Positions 16,449-26,181 of a stretch of 61,204 nt of DNA are shown piece by piece. The stretch covers positions 1-61,204 of the forward strand of contig JAKEFG010000014.1 in assembly GCA_022616195.1 (NCBI GenBank), in the 5' to 3' direction. This DNA is from Candidatus Wolfebacteria bacterium (GTDB lineage: Bacteria; Patescibacteriota; Minisyncoccia; Phycocordibacterales; EsbW-18). Within the stretch, counting starts at the first letter, position 1. Each line of letters opens with the position of its first letter. A program made the position numbers and the translations under genes. Below the pieces are notes generated by a model. It did no database searches, had not been told where the DNA came from, and saw nothing but the letters and a program-made list of their open reading frames with translations.

Positions 16449-17015
16449 CTAGAAACTCACTTTCACCGGCTCGGTAGCGACGCTTCCCTCTTCAAGCTCA
16501 AAGAAGTCACGTTTGGAAAAGTGGAACATCCCCGCAATGATGTTGTTGGGAAACACTTCCACCGCAGTGTTGAGGTCACGCACGTTGGTGTTGTAAAAGC
16601 GACGCGCCGCTTGGATTTTGTTTTCGGTGTCCGAAAGCTCGCGCTGAAGCTCCAGAAAATTCTGGTTGGCTTTGAGGTCGGGATACGCTTCGGCAACTGC
16701 GAAGAGCGACTTGAGTGCACCAGCGAGCATGTTTTCCGTTTTGGCAATGTGGGTCGGATTCCCCGACTGCTCCGCGCCCATCGCCGCCGCGCGCGCCTTG
16801 GTGACATTTTCAAACGCCTCACGCTCGTGCGCAGCATATCCCTTCACCGTCTCCACAAGGTTGGGGATGAGATCGTATCGGCGCTTGAGTTGGACATCAA
16901 TGTCCGCCCATGACTCATCGGTGCGATTGATAAAACGAATAAAACGGTTGTATGCGACAATCGCCCAGAAAACGATGAGAACAACAACAGCAAGGAGAAT
17001 ATAAAGAATAGTCAT
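16449..17015 (-). CDS. lemA: LemA family protein
   Basis: N-terminal TM segment, then YNRFI...W.DIDVQLKRRYDLIPNLV...FYN..V..LN, which is diagnostic of LemA. Confidence 0.9.
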   Translation of the reverse strand: MTILYILLAVVVLIVFWAIVAYNRFIRFINRTDESWADIDVQLKRRYDLIPNLVETVKGYAAHEREAFENVTKARAAAMGAEQSGNPTHIAKTENMLAGALKSLFAVAEAYPDLKANQNFLELQRELSDTENKIQAARRFYNTNVRDLNTAVEVFPNNIIAGMFHFSKRDFFELEEGSVATEPVKVSF

Positions 17016-17019
17016 AACA

Positions 17020-17055
17020 TTAGTTATTAGGCGCTAGGCCTTAGGCTTTAGTAAC
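17020..17055. repeat. Heptanucleotide stop array (TAG every 7 nt, x5)
   Basis: TAG starts at 17021, 17028, 17035, 17042 and 17049. It shares the 19-mer TAGTTATTAGGCGCTAGGC with the array at 43385-43403. Confidence 0.85.
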
Positions 17056-17063
17056 AATTCAAG

Positions 17064-17103
17064 TATACCCCCCACATGGAAATTTTTCCATGTGGGGGGT
17101 ATA
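17064..17103. repeat. GTATACCC-type hairpin (TATACCCCCCACATGGAAA-TT-TTTCCATGTGGGGGGTATA)
   Basis: 19-bp perfect arms, lying between the groEL stop and the lemA start. Confidence 0.8.
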
Positions 17104-17154
17104 GCATACATAAAAAGCAAGCCACCCTCGGGGCGGGCGCAAGCGTCGGGGCTA

Positions 17155-18789
17155 TCACATCATTCCCATATCGGGGTGTGGCATCGGCGGTTCCTCTTTC
17201 TTCGGCTCTTCAGCAATCGCCACTTCCGTCGTGAGGAGCATCGCGGCGGCCGACGCAGCGTTCTGCACCGCGCTCCGCGTTACCTTGACGGGGTCAATAA
17301 TGCCCGCTTTGAGCATATCAGTTACGAGTTCATCCTTGAGCGCATCGTAACCCGATGTCTTGCCACCCTCCTTCACTTTTTCCACAATCACCGAACCGTC
17401 GCCCTTCCCAACATTCGCTGCAATTTGTTTCAGGGGGCGCTCCAAGGCATCAATAATAATCTGAAAGCCGAGCGCTGTCTCGGCGCTTCCCACTGCAGCA
17501 TCTTTCTCCGAAAGCATACCGGCGACCTTGACCAAAGCGCTACCGCCGCCCGGTACCACGCCTTCTTCAATCGCCGCTTTAGTGGCATTCACTGCGTCCT
17601 CAATCTTCAATTTCAGATACTTCATTTCGGTCTCGGTCGCCGCGCCGACATGAATGACCGCCACCCCGCCGGAGAGTTTGGCAATCCGCTCTTCAATTTT
17701 TTCCTTATCAAACTTTGAGTCGGTGCCCGCAAGCTGTGAACGGAGCTGTTTGACTCGCTTCTCAATCTCCGCTTTGTTGCCCTTGCCGCCGACGACAATG
17801 GTGGTGTCTTTAGTCGCAATCACCTTGCGCGCCTTTCCCAACATCGCAAGTTCCGCGTTCTCCATCTTGATGCCGATGTCATCCGAGACCACCTGCCCGC
17901 CGACGGTTACGGCAATATCCGCGAGCATCTCCTTTTTACGATCGCCGAAGCCGGGCGCCTTCACCGCAAGCACGCTGAAGCCGCCGCGAAGTTTGTTGAG
18001 TACAAACGTCGTGAGCGCCTCACCATCTACGTCATCGGCAATAACCACCAACTCTTTGGTACCCGACTGTGCGAGTTTTTCCAGAAGCGGGAGAATGTCC
18101 TTTACCGACGACACTTTTTTGTCGGTGATGAATATCGGCGCGTTCTCGTATACCGCCTCCATGCGCTCCGCATCGGTCACCATGTAGGGCGACACATACC
18201 CCTTGTCAAACTCAAGTCCTTCCACTACTTCCGAGTCAACGCCCAAGGTCTGCGACTCCTCAACCGTTACCACGCCGTCCTTGCCCACCTTCTCAATCGT
18301 CTCGGCGATGATTTTCCCGATTTCCTCCGACTCCGCCGAAATGGTCGCCACCTGACGGATTTCATCCTTATCCTTTATCGGCTTGGCAAGTTTGCGGAGT
18401 TCGTTTACCGCTTCCTCCGCCGCCTTCTCAATTCCCAAGCGAAGTCCCATGGCGTTCACTCCCATAATAGAGGTATGCCGCATGCCTTCCGCAATGATTG
18501 CCTGCGTCAGGACCGCCGCGGTCGTGGTACCGTCGCCGGCGACATCGTTGGTTTTCCCCGCCACTTCTTTGACGATTTCCGCGCCCATGTTCTCAAACGG
18601 TTCCTTAAGCTCTATCTCCTTGGCAATCGTCACGCCGTCGTTCGTTATCATCGGGCCGCCGTAGCTTTTCGCCACAGCAACATTTCTTCCGCGCGGACCG
18701 AGCGTCACGCGCACGGCGTTTGCCACCTTGTCAATCCCGCGCTTGAGCGCTTCGCGTGCTTTCTGGTCATAGTGAATAATCTTTGCCAT
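17155..18789 (-). CDS. groL: Chaperonin GroEL
   Basis: 544 aa with AVRVTLGPRGRNV and DGTTTA motifs and a C-terminal PDMGMM tail. Confidence 0.97.
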   Translation of the reverse strand: MAKIIHYDQKAREALKRGIDKVANAVRVTLGPRGRNVAVAKSYGGPMITNDGVTIAKEIELKEPFENMGAEIVKEVAGKTNDVAGDGTTTAAVLTQAIIAEGMRHTSIMGVNAMGLRLGIEKAAEEAVNELRKLAKPIKDKDEIRQVATISAESEEIGKIIAETIEKVGKDGVVTVEESQTLGVDSEVVEGLEFDKGYVSPYMVTDAERMEAVYENAPIFITDKKVSSVKDILPLLEKLAQSGTKELVVIADDVDGEALTTFVLNKLRGGFSVLAVKAPGFGDRKKEMLADIAVTVGGQVVSDDIGIKMENAELAMLGKARKVIATKDTTIVVGGKGNKAEIEKRVKQLRSQLAGTDSKFDKEKIEERIAKLSGGVAVIHVGAATETEMKYLKLKIEDAVNATKAAIEEGVVPGGGSALVKVAGMLSEKDAAVGSAETALGFQIIIDALERPLKQIAANVGKGDGSVIVEKVKEGGKTSGYDALKDELVTDMLKAGIIDPVKVTRSAVQNAASAAAMLLTTEVAIAEEPKKEEPPMPHPDMGMM

Positions 18790-18796
18790 GGTTGAT

Positions 18797-19165
18797 TTAT
18801 TTAACGATTGCTAACACATTTTCTGACTTGATGATGTAGTACTCCACGCCGCCCATCTTTACCTCATCAAAGCCGTATCGGGAAAAGACAACCCGGTCAC
18901 CCACCTTTACCGATGGTTTCACGAGCTTGCCGTCGTCGTACCGCCCCTCGCCCACGGCAACAACCTTGCCCTGCTCGGGCTTTTCGCGGTCAACCGTTTC
19001 GGGAATGATGATGCCCGACGCGGTACGCACGCCGAGTTCTTCTTCCGAGAGCGGGCGGACGAGTACTCGATCACCAAGCGGCGTCACGGGAACGGCGCTT
19101 TTCGAAACCAGCTTCACCGTCGGTTTCTTCGCGCGGCGCAACACTCGCGATTTCTTTTTCGCCAT
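18797..19165 (-). CDS. groS: Co-chaperonin GroES with a basic N-terminal extension of about 25 aa
   Basis: The canonical PLGDRVLVRP core is preceded by MAKKKSRVLRRAKKPTVKLVSKSAV. Confidence 0.9.
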   Translation of the reverse strand: MAKKKSRVLRRAKKPTVKLVSKSAVPVTPLGDRVLVRPLSEEELGVRTASGIIIPETVDREKPEQGKVVAVGEGRYDDGKLVKPSVKVGDRVVFSRYGFDEVKMGGVEYYIIKSENVLAIVK

Positions 19166-19210
19166 ACCTTCTCAAAAATAAAAATTACTTGCTGACAATC
19201 TGTGGAGGGC

Positions 19211-19238
19211 ATTATACCTCTTTCCTAAAGCAGGGCAA
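19211..19238 (-). promoter_or_regulatory. Putative groES-groEL promoter (-35 TTGCCC, 16-nt spacer, -10 TATAAT)
   Basis: The minus strand reads TTGCCCTGCTTTAGGAAAGAGGTATAAT, about 45 nt upstream of the groES ATG. Confidence 0.4.
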
Positions 19239-19256
19239 CTTGACAGAACCGTTCTG

Positions 19257-20954
19257 TCAATTGTGTGTCTTTATGTGTGCGAGCGCGTACTCCAGAGTAC
19301 CTGCCGCTTGTCCTCTGCGAGTGGAACGAGTCGAGGAGACTTTTTTGCCGGGGTTAAAAATATTTTTGGGGTCAAATATCTTTTTTACTTCCTCAAAAAG
19401 CCGGCACACCCCATCTCCAAACTGTTGCCGCAAGTACGGTGTGCGGATAATGCCATCATTGTGCTCGCCGGTGATTGACCCACTGTAGGAGAGCACGAGG
19501 TCGTAGACCTTTTTTGCCACCTCCGGAATAGCCGCGCGAGCACGGGCATCGGTGAGATCCATGAGCGGGATAATATGAAAGTTGCCGTTCCCGATATGTC
19601 CCGCGATGTTGTAGACCATCCTGTCGGCATACGGCTCAAAGATGGCGGTGAGTTTGGGCAAAAATTCCGAGAGCGTGTCGGGTGGCACCACGACGTCATC
19701 CACGAACGGGGCGGTCTTCATCCCTTCCACTTTGTGCCGCAGGAGATTGAAACTCTCGCGGCGAATGAGCCAGTACTCTTCCTCCTCCTTTGCCGAATGA
19801 ATGATTTCCACATATCGCGGTTCGTACTGCTTCAGCTCTCTGGCGAGCACTTCTGCTTTCTGGCGGAGAACTTTTCTATCATCGCCGTCAAATGTAATCT
19901 GGAGCACCAGCTTCGGGAGTCCGTGACGAAACATAGAGACACCTTCGGGGATGCCATTTACAATGAGCGTCAAAATATTCGGGATGCCGAGGCGCTTGAC
20001 GAACTCCCAGAAAAACTTCAGTGCTAACTTGAGTGTTTTGTCGTCGTACGATTCAAACGTCGTTGGGTGGTGTTTAAGGACCGTGCCCACCATGTCCCCC
20101 ACCCGACCTAGATCATCAAGGAACATAACCATCATCTGCGAATATGGAGCCGGTGTGATAAGCCCATACGTGATTTCGGTAATGAGACCGAGTGTTCCCT
20201 GCGAACCCACGAAGAGCTGTGTCAGGTCAAAGACGCCGGTGTCGCGGTTCCACACATTCCAGAGGTAGTAGCCGGCGGAGTTCTTTGACACTTTCGGGCG
20301 AGCACGTTGAATGAGTTCGTAATTGCCATCAATGAGCGCGAAGAGTTTCCGATAGAGCTCGCCCTCAAAGTCCTCCTGCGCCATCTTCGCGTCAAGCGCA
20401 TCTCTTGTAAGCGGCTCAAAAACATACTCGTTGCCGTCGGCAAGCACTACCTTTAGCTTGCGCACATAGTTTTCCGTCTTTCCATACTGAAGCGTTTCTT
20501 CACCCCCCGAGTTGTTTGCCACCATACCGCCCACAGTGCAAATCTGTCGCGATGCGGGGTACGACGGCATCAGCAGGTTTTTTGCCAGCGTCGCTTTCTC
20601 AAAATCGCGATAAAACACTCCCGGCTCTGTCACGACATACCCGGTGTTCCCTTCGCACACCACTTCACCCATGTGTGTGAAGTATTTATTGAAATCAACC
20701 ACCACCGACTCGGTGAGTGCCCCGCCATCCATGCCAGTGCCTCCCGAACGGGCGGTGAGTGATACGCCCCCATGCCCGCCCGCAAACCGCACAAGCGCCC
20801 TCACATCATCAACATCGCGCGGCACTACCACCACTTGCGGAACAATCTCAAAAAGCGACGCGTCCGTAGCATATTTAGCTCGCGTCGCCTCGTCCACATA
20901 TACATCGCCCGTAATACACCGCTTTAGTTCTATTACAGTATCATCTTTCATCAC
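19257..20954 (-). CDS. FAD-binding oxidoreductase (GlcD / D-lactate dehydrogenase-like)
   Basis: 565 aa. The N-terminal FAD_binding_4-like region has ARSGGTGMDGG. The C-terminal FAD-oxidase region has SITGEHNDG and FDPKNIFNPGK. Confidence 0.85.
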   Translation of the reverse strand: MMKDDTVIELKRCITGDVYVDEATRAKYATDASLFEIVPQVVVVPRDVDDVRALVRFAGGHGGVSLTARSGGTGMDGGALTESVVVDFNKYFTHMGEVVCEGNTGYVVTEPGVFYRDFEKATLAKNLLMPSYPASRQICTVGGMVANNSGGEETLQYGKTENYVRKLKVVLADGNEYVFEPLTRDALDAKMAQEDFEGELYRKLFALIDGNYELIQRARPKVSKNSAGYYLWNVWNRDTGVFDLTQLFVGSQGTLGLITEITYGLITPAPYSQMMVMFLDDLGRVGDMVGTVLKHHPTTFESYDDKTLKLALKFFWEFVKRLGIPNILTLIVNGIPEGVSMFRHGLPKLVLQITFDGDDRKVLRQKAEVLARELKQYEPRYVEIIHSAKEEEEYWLIRRESFNLLRHKVEGMKTAPFVDDVVVPPDTLSEFLPKLTAIFEPYADRMVYNIAGHIGNGNFHIIPLMDLTDARARAAIPEVAKKVYDLVLSYSGSITGEHNDGIIRTPYLRQQFGDGVCRLFEEVKKIFDPKNIFNPGKKVSSTRSTRRGQAAGTLEYALAHIKTHN

Positions 20955-21045
20955 ATCTCAGTGTATCGCGTAGTGACACAAACACAAAACATGTTGCATC
21001 TTGCGAGACAGGCTGTCCTCCGGTACTATATATCCACTGTATTCC

Positions 21046-21267
21046 ATGAATACAATACTTCCTATAATTCAGATTATTCTCGCCGTACTTCTTATTGCAG
21101 GCGTGTTGCTCCAGCGATCAGAGGCGGGACTAGGTGCTGCGTTTGGCGGCTCCGGTGACGCTGGCTTCAAGCACACCCGCCGGGGATTTGAAAAAATACT
21201 TTTCAATGCAACCATTGTCATAGCAGTCTTGTTTGTTTTGTCCACATTTCTTGCTTTACTTCTCTAG
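21046..21267 (+). CDS. secG: Preprotein translocase subunit SecG
   Basis: 73-aa two-TM protein with the motif LLQRSEAGLGAAFGG. I chose the ATG at 21046 as the start. Confidence 0.75.
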   Translation: MNTILPIIQIILAVLLIAGVLLQRSEAGLGAAFGGSGDAGFKHTRRGFEKILFNATIVIAVLFVLSTFLALLL

Positions 21268-21336
21268 GTTTGCTACTATACCAGTATCACCACCTCGCGA
21301 TGCCGTTCGCGAATGGCTCCTCAGCATACTTAACTT

Positions 21337-23079
21337 GTGAGACATTATCGAATTCCTATTGTTGATAGGTTAGAGCACGCAGTGCGTTCACTTTCGTTTG
21401 TAGAACGTGCGCTCTTGTACGTATTTATCACGCTTCTTATCGGCTCCAGTTTGATTATGCTTGGAAAGGTAAATGCGGCGCTTTTAGTGGAGGTACCGCG
21501 CCACGGCGGAAGTATTACCGAGGGCATCATTGGTGCACCGCGCTTTATCAATCCCCTGCTTGCAGCATCGGACGCCGACCGCGACCTCACACAGCTCGTC
21601 TACTCCGGCTTGTTGCACGCAACACCCGACGGAAGGCTTGTGCCGGACCTGGCCGAACGCTACAGTATTTCTGAAGACGGTCTAGTATACACATTCACGC
21701 TTCGCGATAACCTGCGATTTCATGACGGCATGTCGGTTACCGCTGAGGACGTACTCTTCACCGTTACCCTTGCACAAAACCCTGATGTGAAAAGCCCAAA
21801 GCGTGCGAATTGGGAGGGTGTACATGTGGATGCCCCTGACACACAGACGGTAGTATTCACACTCGCCGAGGCATATCAGCCGTTCTTGGAAAACACCACG
21901 CTTGGCATCCTCCCTAAACACATCTGGGAAAAAACAACCCCCGAGCAGCTGCCGTTCAATACCTTCAACGCCGACCCGGTGGGATCAGGACCATATCGCG
22001 TAACTGACTTTGTGCGCGACGACGCGGGCGTCCCAACGCGCTATGAGCTCACCGCCTTTGACGACCATGCCCTGGGAAGACCGTATATAACCGACCTTAC
22101 ATTCCGTTTTTATACAAACGAGGACGACCTGTTCAGCGCGCTTGAAACTGGTGAGGTAGAACATGTAAGCGCTATCACCCCAGAGAACGCGAGGGCGCTT
22201 GGGGACAAAGGACAACGTGTTGAAACCTTCCCGCTACCGCGCGTATTCGGCGTCTTCTTCAACCAAAATCAGGCCCCCGTGTTTACCAACATCGAGGTAC
22301 GCAAGGCGCTCGCTGTCGCGGTTCCGCGTGAAAAAATTGTTCGTGATGTACTCTTGGGCTATGGCGTACCAGCGAATGGACCGATTCCACCCGGCCTTGT
22401 TACCGTAGATACGCCCGGTATAGAAAACGAGGAGGTGAACATCGCCGAGGCACAGGCAATACTGGAGCGAAACGGCTGGACGCGGGATGAGGAGAAAGGA
22501 ATATATGTGAAAAAGACAAAAAATGAGACCACATTCCTTCAATTCACCATTACTACTGCCAATATCCCCGAACTCAAGCATACTGCGGAGCTACTCCAAA
22601 ACACATGGGGGAAGATTGGCACACAAGTAGACATCAAGCTGTTTGAAACCGGTAACCTCAACAATGAGGTTATCCGTCCGCGCGAATACCAGGCACTTCT
22701 TTTTGGGCAAATTATCGGGCGTGACCTCGACCCGTTCCCGTTCTGGCATTCATCACAGCGCAACGACCCCGGCCTCAACATCGCGCTCTACACAAACATC
22801 ACCACCGACCAGATACTTGAGGACATCAGGACAACACATGGCGAGGATGAACTTTCCCGCCTCTATAACGAATTCAGTGCCGAGATAGCGGGCGATGCCC
22901 CTGCTGCGTTTGTGTACACTCCAGATTTCATCTACATCGTTAACCCAGATCTCAAAGGACTATCGCTTGGCACAGTGACAACCCCCGCAGAACGATTCCT
23001 TGATATTACTCACTGGTACTTCTATACCGACTTAGTATGGCGACCTTTTAGCAACTACAACAAAACAGATACATGGTAG
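21337..23079 (+). CDS. ABC-transporter substrate-binding protein, family 5 (peptide/nickel type), membrane-anchored
   Basis: 580 aa with a GTG start and an N-terminal TM segment. It contains SBP_bac_5-like stretches (LVYSGL, YTFTLRDNLRFHDG, GSGPYRV). No permease or ATPase genes are adjacent. Confidence 0.8.
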   Translation: MRHYRIPIVDRLEHAVRSLSFVERALLYVFITLLIGSSLIMLGKVNAALLVEVPRHGGSITEGIIGAPRFINPLLAASDADRDLTQLVYSGLLHATPDGRLVPDLAERYSISEDGLVYTFTLRDNLRFHDGMSVTAEDVLFTVTLAQNPDVKSPKRANWEGVHVDAPDTQTVVFTLAEAYQPFLENTTLGILPKHIWEKTTPEQLPFNTFNADPVGSGPYRVTDFVRDDAGVPTRYELTAFDDHALGRPYITDLTFRFYTNEDDLFSALETGEVEHVSAITPENARALGDKGQRVETFPLPRVFGVFFNQNQAPVFTNIEVRKALAVAVPREKIVRDVLLGYGVPANGPIPPGLVTVDTPGIENEEVNIAEAQAILERNGWTRDEEKGIYVKKTKNETTFLQFTITTANIPELKHTAELLQNTWGKIGTQVDIKLFETGNLNNEVIRPREYQALLFGQIIGRDLDPFPFWHSSQRNDPGLNIALYTNITTDQILEDIRTTHGEDELSRLYNEFSAEIAGDAPAAFVYTPDFIYIVNPDLKGLSLGTVTTPAERFLDITHWYFYTDLVWRPFSNYNKTDTW

Positions 23080-24974
23080 AACAGCAACATAATCATCGCG
23101 GCAGTCACCGGCGTCGCTCGCGCATACGCACCTTGCGCAAAGATACCCCAACACATAGGAGCGGGCAAGGCAGTGGTGTACATGTAAAAATAACACACCG
23201 CGACAAAACACCTCGGCGCGTTCCGAAACCAAAACGACGTCCGCCGAAACAGAGCGGCACCGGGCGTCCTCGCGGACCCAAGAGCGGACTTGCCATACCG
23301 CCGCCGGGGGACAACCTACGCATTATCCCCTTGGGCGGCTTTGAAGAAATTGGAAAGAACATGACCGCCATTGAATATAAAGAAGACATCGTCGTCATTG
23401 ACGCAGGTTTTCAGTTCAGCGAAGTGGAAACACCGGGCATTGACTACATCATTCCCGACGTCACCTACCTTGAGGAACGCAAGGGGAAGATTCGCGGTAT
23501 CTTCATCACCCACGGACACTACGACCACATCGGCGCCATCCCGCACATCATGGAGCGCATCGGCAACCCGCCCGTGTACTCGCGCGAGTTCGGCGCTTTG
23601 GTGATGCAAAGACGTCAGGTGGAGTATACGAGCGCGCCGCCGCTTGACGTGCGCATCGTTGACGGCACGCAACGTGTTAAAGCGGGTACGCATATGCATG
23701 TACGCTTCTTTGAAATTGAACACGCCATCCGCGACGCGATGGGTATTATTGTGGAAACCCCCGTAGGGAATGTCGTCATTATCACCGATGTGCGCGTCAA
23801 CAACATTGACGGCGTCCCGACCAAAGAGGAAATGGAGCACTACGCATTTTTCAAAAATGAAAAAGTGCTTCTCTTCATGCTCGACTCCACACGTATTGAG
23901 AAACCCGGTTTTTCAACCTCCGAACAGGAAGCCATTGAAGGCGTGGCAAAATACGTGAAGAGCGCCCCGGGACGAATCATCATCGGCATGTTTTCGTCAC
24001 AGGTAGAGCGGTTCATGGAAATCATTAAGTATGCTGACAGCATCGGCAAGAAGGTTATCATCGACGGCCGCAGTATGCGCGGTAATGCGGCAATCCTGGA
24101 ACAGCTTGGACTCATGACAACCAAGAACCTCATCCCGATTGAAGCAATGCGGGACTACCCACCGAACAAAATCGTCATTATTGCGACTGGCGCACAGGGT
24201 GAGGAGTACTCCGCGTTTGACCGCATGTCGACCAATCGGCACAAGTACATCAAGCTCCATCCCACCGACACCGTCGTTCTCTCTTCTTCAATCATTCCCG
24301 GCAACGAAATGGCAATACAAAAACTCAAAGATAACTTATATCGGAGCGAGGCGCGCATCATTTCCTATCTTGAGGACAAGGTGCATGCGGGTGGGCATGG
24401 CTACCGGGGTGAACTTGAGTGGATACACAAACAAATCAACTACCGGTTCTTCATGCCCATGCACGGCCATCACTACATGCTCCGCATTCACGCGGAGGCG
24501 GCACAGGAACTCGGCGTACCGAAAGAAAACATTGTCATTTCCGACAACGGTTCTATTGTTGAGATTACCCCAGACGGCAAGCGCATCTCCATGCGCAAGG
24601 AAAAGGCCCCGGCCGACCCGGTAATGGTTGACGGTTTCTCGGTATCCGGTCAGCAGGAGGTGGTCATTCGCGACCGCCAGCTCCTTGCCGAGGACGGTAT
24701 TATGGTCATCGTCGCCTCCGTCGACCCCCGCTCGGGAAAACTGCGCAAGTCGCCCGACATCATCGCGCGGGGATTCGTCTATGTCCGCGAGTCGCAACAG
24801 CTCTTTGACGAAACTCGCGCCATCGTGAAACGCACCGTTGAGAACACCGTAAAAGGCATGCACCCCATCAACTTTGACATTGTGAAAGGCGCCGTGACTG
24901 ACGAGGTGCGCCGACACCTCTTCCAGCGCACAGCCAAATCACCGATGGTTATTCCGGTCATTATCGGAGTCTAG
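23073..24974 (+). CDS. rnj: Ribonuclease J with an Arg/Lys/Pro-rich N-terminal extension of about 90 aa
   Basis: Metallo-beta-lactamase motif HGHYDHIGA followed by beta-CASP and a C-terminal domain. The N-terminus reads MVEQQHNHRGSHRRRSRIRTLRK...PKPKRRPPKQSG. Confidence 0.9.
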   Translation: MVEQQHNHRGSHRRRSRIRTLRKDTPTHRSGQGSGVHVKITHRDKTPRRVPKPKRRPPKQSGTGRPRGPKSGLAIPPPGDNLRIIPLGGFEEIGKNMTAIEYKEDIVVIDAGFQFSEVETPGIDYIIPDVTYLEERKGKIRGIFITHGHYDHIGAIPHIMERIGNPPVYSREFGALVMQRRQVEYTSAPPLDVRIVDGTQRVKAGTHMHVRFFEIEHAIRDAMGIIVETPVGNVVIITDVRVNNIDGVPTKEEMEHYAFFKNEKVLLFMLDSTRIEKPGFSTSEQEAIEGVAKYVKSAPGRIIIGMFSSQVERFMEIIKYADSIGKKVIIDGRSMRGNAAILEQLGLMTTKNLIPIEAMRDYPPNKIVIIATGAQGEEYSAFDRMSTNRHKYIKLHPTDTVVLSSSIIPGNEMAIQKLKDNLYRSEARIISYLEDKVHAGGHGYRGELEWIHKQINYRFFMPMHGHHYMLRIHAEAAQELGVPKENIVISDNGSIVEITPDGKRISMRKEKAPADPVMVDGFSVSGQQEVVIRDRQLLAEDGIMVIVASVDPRSGKLRKSPDIIARGFVYVRESQQLFDETRAIVKRTVENTVKGMHPINFDIVKGAVTDEVRRHLFQRTAKSPMVIPVIIGV

Positions 24975-24975
24975 A

Positions 24976-26154
24976 ATGCGTCGTATGCGCTTTTCGCTTC
25001 TCACACAGAGAAAATCGCTTCACACACTCTACGTCATTGCGTTCCTGCTTGCTCTTTACACCGCACTTCCCACCTATATCAACTCTACATTCCTCGGGGA
25101 ACAGGTTGGGGGGGTGTTCGTGGGGGCCATCTACACTGTGGGATCAATTCTCACCATCCTCTTGCTCCTCGCCATGCCCCGTGTCTTGCGAGCCATCGGA
25201 AATTTCAGCACCACGCTCACGCTCATTGTGCTTCAGGTAATATCCGTGTTGGGGCTCGCCCTTGCCCCGTCACCAAAAGTAATTGTGCTGTCGTTTCTGG
25301 TGTACCTCATCATCAACACCCTGCTCTGGTTCACCGTCGACCTTCTTCTTGAGAGTTTCACCGACAACAGCCATACCGGCGGCATCCGCGGACTGTATTT
25401 CAGTATTGCAAACATTGCGTGGGTGGTCGCACCAACGCTTGCAGGTTTCATCCTCACCATCACGGGATACTCGACACTCTACCTTGCCACCGCCCTTCTC
25501 CTTGCACCCATCGCCTTCATCGTCACTTTTGCGTTCCGCGAGTATCAGGACCCACACTACGACAGCACACCCATCTTGGGGACTCTCAACACAATCTGGG
25601 TACGCAAGGATATCTATCGTGTTGCCATGGTGTCGTTCCTCCTACGTTCGTTTTATGCGGTGATGGTAATTTACACACCGATTTACCTGCACCAGCACAT
25701 CGGGCTTTCGTGGGGAGTAATCGGCGGTATCTTTACGGTCATGTTGGTGCCATTCGTACTCCTCGAGTATCCTCTCGGGCGCATTGCCGACGGCAAACTG
25801 GGCGAAAAGGAGCTCATGGCAGCCGGGTTTATCATTATCGCGGTAACAACCGGTGCACTGTCATTTATCACCAGCACATCATTCGTGCTCTGGGCAATAT
25901 TTCTCTTTGCCACGCGCATCGGTGCCGCAACGATTGAAATAATGAGTGAGACATACCTCTTCAAAAAAATCAACGAGGAGGATTCGCATATTCTCCGCTT
26001 TTTCAGGATGACCAATCCCCTTGCCTATGTTGTTGCTCCGCTCATCGTGTCAGGGGTACTTGCCTTTCTTGATATCAGGTATCTCTTTCTCCTCCTCGGA
26101 ACCGTGATGCTTCTGGGATTGTGGTACAGTTTGAAACTCAAAGATACGCTCTAA
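24976..26154 (+). CDS. MFS transporter
   Basis: 392 aa with about 12 predicted TM helices and the typical MFS two-halves layout. Confidence 0.8.
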   Translation: MRRMRFSLLTQRKSLHTLYVIAFLLALYTALPTYINSTFLGEQVGGVFVGAIYTVGSILTILLLLAMPRVLRAIGNFSTTLTLIVLQVISVLGLALAPSPKVIVLSFLVYLIINTLLWFTVDLLLESFTDNSHTGGIRGLYFSIANIAWVVAPTLAGFILTITGYSTLYLATALLLAPIAFIVTFAFREYQDPHYDSTPILGTLNTIWVRKDIYRVAMVSFLLRSFYAVMVIYTPIYLHQHIGLSWGVIGGIFTVMLVPFVLLEYPLGRIADGKLGEKELMAAGFIIIAVTTGALSFITSTSFVLWAIFLFATRIGAATIEIMSETYLFKKINEEDSHILRFFRMTNPLAYVVAPLIVSGVLAFLDIRYLFLLLGTVMLLGLWYSLKLKDTL

Positions 26155-26181
26155 ACCAGTGCGGGTTGACAAGGATTCAAA

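Noticed and set aside
19166-19256. CIRCE/HrcA operator upstream of groES, and a parS site (TGTTTCACGTGAAACA) anywhere near parB.
   Set aside because: I found neither consensus. Only half-site-like fragments exist, such as TGTTTCG in the TTCG heptads and GTGAAAG...CTTTCAC at 36708-36729.
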